Positions 36,756 through 37,680 of a DNA stretch of 37,680 nt are shown piece after piece. The DNA lies in contig JBHLNS010000015.1 of NCBI GenBank assembly GCA_048941285.1, positions 21,763-59,442 of the forward strand. The letters are read 5' to 3'. This DNA is from Promethearchaeota archaeon. GTDB taxonomy: Archaea; Asgardarchaeota; Lokiarchaeia; Sigyniarchaeales; SOKP01. Below the pieces are notes generated by a model. That model did no database searches, was not told the DNA's origin, and saw only the letters and a list, made by a program, of their open reading frames with translations. How positions within the stretch are numbered: the first letter of the stretch is position 1; each line of letters starts with the position of its first letter. The position numbers were made by a program, and so were the translations under genes.

Positions 36756-37163
36756 TTAATCTAAAACTAGAATTTTTGATAGCTTTAATAAAATTCCCAA
36801 ATTGCGTTTCCCTGTTGATCCCTTCGAGAATCTTAATTTCTTATAACCAAATTGACTTTTTTTAAATATCATATTAAGAACGGAATTTTCTCCATTTACA
36901 AAAAAGACTAAATCCTCGGGTGCTGCTCTTAGTTCTAAATCATATTCCTCTAATTTCTCTCTTCCTAAAGTATAGTTTCCATTGTTTGCAACTAAATTAA
37001 CCCAAAAATAATAATCTTCTTCAATTTGTAAACCTATAATTATTCTTGCATTGAACTTTTCTAGCATTTTTTTATTTTTAGGGTTTTTTTTCTTTTCATT
37101 TATTACACTTTCAATAGTTTGCTCAAAAGTAATAAATAAATTTTCTTTTTCTGATTCTTCCAT
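36756..37163 (-). CDS. Putative SCP2-like lipid-binding protein
   Basis: 135 aa; the pattern ..YDLELRAAPEDLVFFVNGENSVLNMI..KLRFSKG..NLGILLKL resembles an SCP2 C-terminus. SD AGGATGA upstream. Confidence 0.55.
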   Translation of the reverse strand: MEESEKENLFITFEQTIESVINEKKKNPKNKKMLEKFNARIIIGLQIEEDYYFWVNLVANNGNYTLGREKLEEYDLELRAAPEDLVFFVNGENSVLNMIFKKSQFGYKKLRFSKGSTGKRNLGILLKLSKILVLD

Positions 37164-37339
37164 ATTTTAATCATCCTTCTTAATTTCTTAATTATTTTAA
37201 AATGAAACTTGTATATTATAAAATTATTGTTTTAATTTTAGATTGAATATAAAATTTAATAAAACCATAAATATTATTACCCAATTAAAAGAATGTTACA
37301 AATTTCAAATTAAATTAACAAAATTGAAGGTTAAAGTAT

Positions 37340-37680
37340 ATGATGTGGCACTTTTTTAGTCCAAAAGTATTTTATGGTGAGGGCGCCTTAGCGGCTTTTG
37401 AAAATATACACGGGAAAAAATGTTTTATAGTTACTGATAATATAATAGAAGAAATAGGATTTTTAAAAATCCTTACTGATACACTAAAAAAATATGGAAA
37501 AGATTTCAGTATATTTAAAGACGTTATACCAGATCCTCATGAAGATGATGTAATGAAGGGTAAGAAGCAATGCATTGAATATGCTCCAGATTTAATCATC
37601 GCTTTAGGGGGTGGATCTGTAATAGATACTGCTAAAGTTATTTGGGCTATGTATGAATATCCTAATTTCACTCTTGACGA
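37340..37680 (+). CDS. Iron-containing alcohol dehydrogenase, partial (runs off the window end)
   Basis: Manual translation: MMWHFFSPKVFYGEGAL...CFIVTD...DVIPDP...PDLIIALGGGSVIDTAK. SD GAAGGT lies 8 nt upstream. Confidence 0.9.
   Translation, partial: MMWHFFSPKVFYGEGALAAFENIHGKKCFIVTDNIIEEIGFLKILTDTLKKYGKDFSIFKDVIPDPHEDDVMKGKKQCIEYAPDLIIALGGGSVIDTAKVIWAMYEYPNFTLD

Noticed and set aside
1-37680. CRISPR arrays, tRNA/rRNA genes, IS elements, integrases
   Set aside because: No regularly spaced repeats, no GC-rich structured RNA-like segments and no transposase/integrase ORFs found by eye; a covariance-model scan was not run.

Overview
A very AT-rich archaeal window. The archaeal-type PheRS, TyrRS and CoaD, a DUF1512 protein, a Vps29-like protein and GGTGA/GAGGT ribosome-binding sites suggest an Asgard archaeon of the Lokiarchaeia type (inference). 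Bases 1-17.4 kb are an accessory surface-glycan locus with frequent strand switches. It encodes 2 GT4, 1 membrane GT2, 1 GT8-like enzyme, a Wzx-type flippase, a methyltransferase, a GDP-mannose dehydratase-like enzyme, four PAPS sulfotransferases of different subfamilies and four alkaline-phosphatase-superfamily proteins lacking the formylglycine motif. Bases 17.4-37.7 kb are housekeeping and metabolic genes: bacterial-type rph, chorismate mutase, pheT/pheS, coaD, a Zn-ribbon membrane protein, DUF1512, AOR, acyl-CoA ligase, SCP2, HAD, ppdK, tyrS, an NDP-forming acyl-CoA synthetase alpha subunit, Vps29-like, a second SCP2 and a partial Fe-ADH. Main observations: (1) three genes whose conserved N-termini can only be reached from an ATT (or similar non-canonical) start placed 7-8 nt after an SD motif; (2) a candidate Phe-rich, ATT-initiated leader peptide with a hairpin and U-tract upstream of pheS-pheT-chorismate mutase, resembling bacterial pheM attenuation; (3) a probable sulfated, glycosaminoglycan-like glycan pathway. 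No rRNA, tRNA, CRISPR array or transposase was seen.
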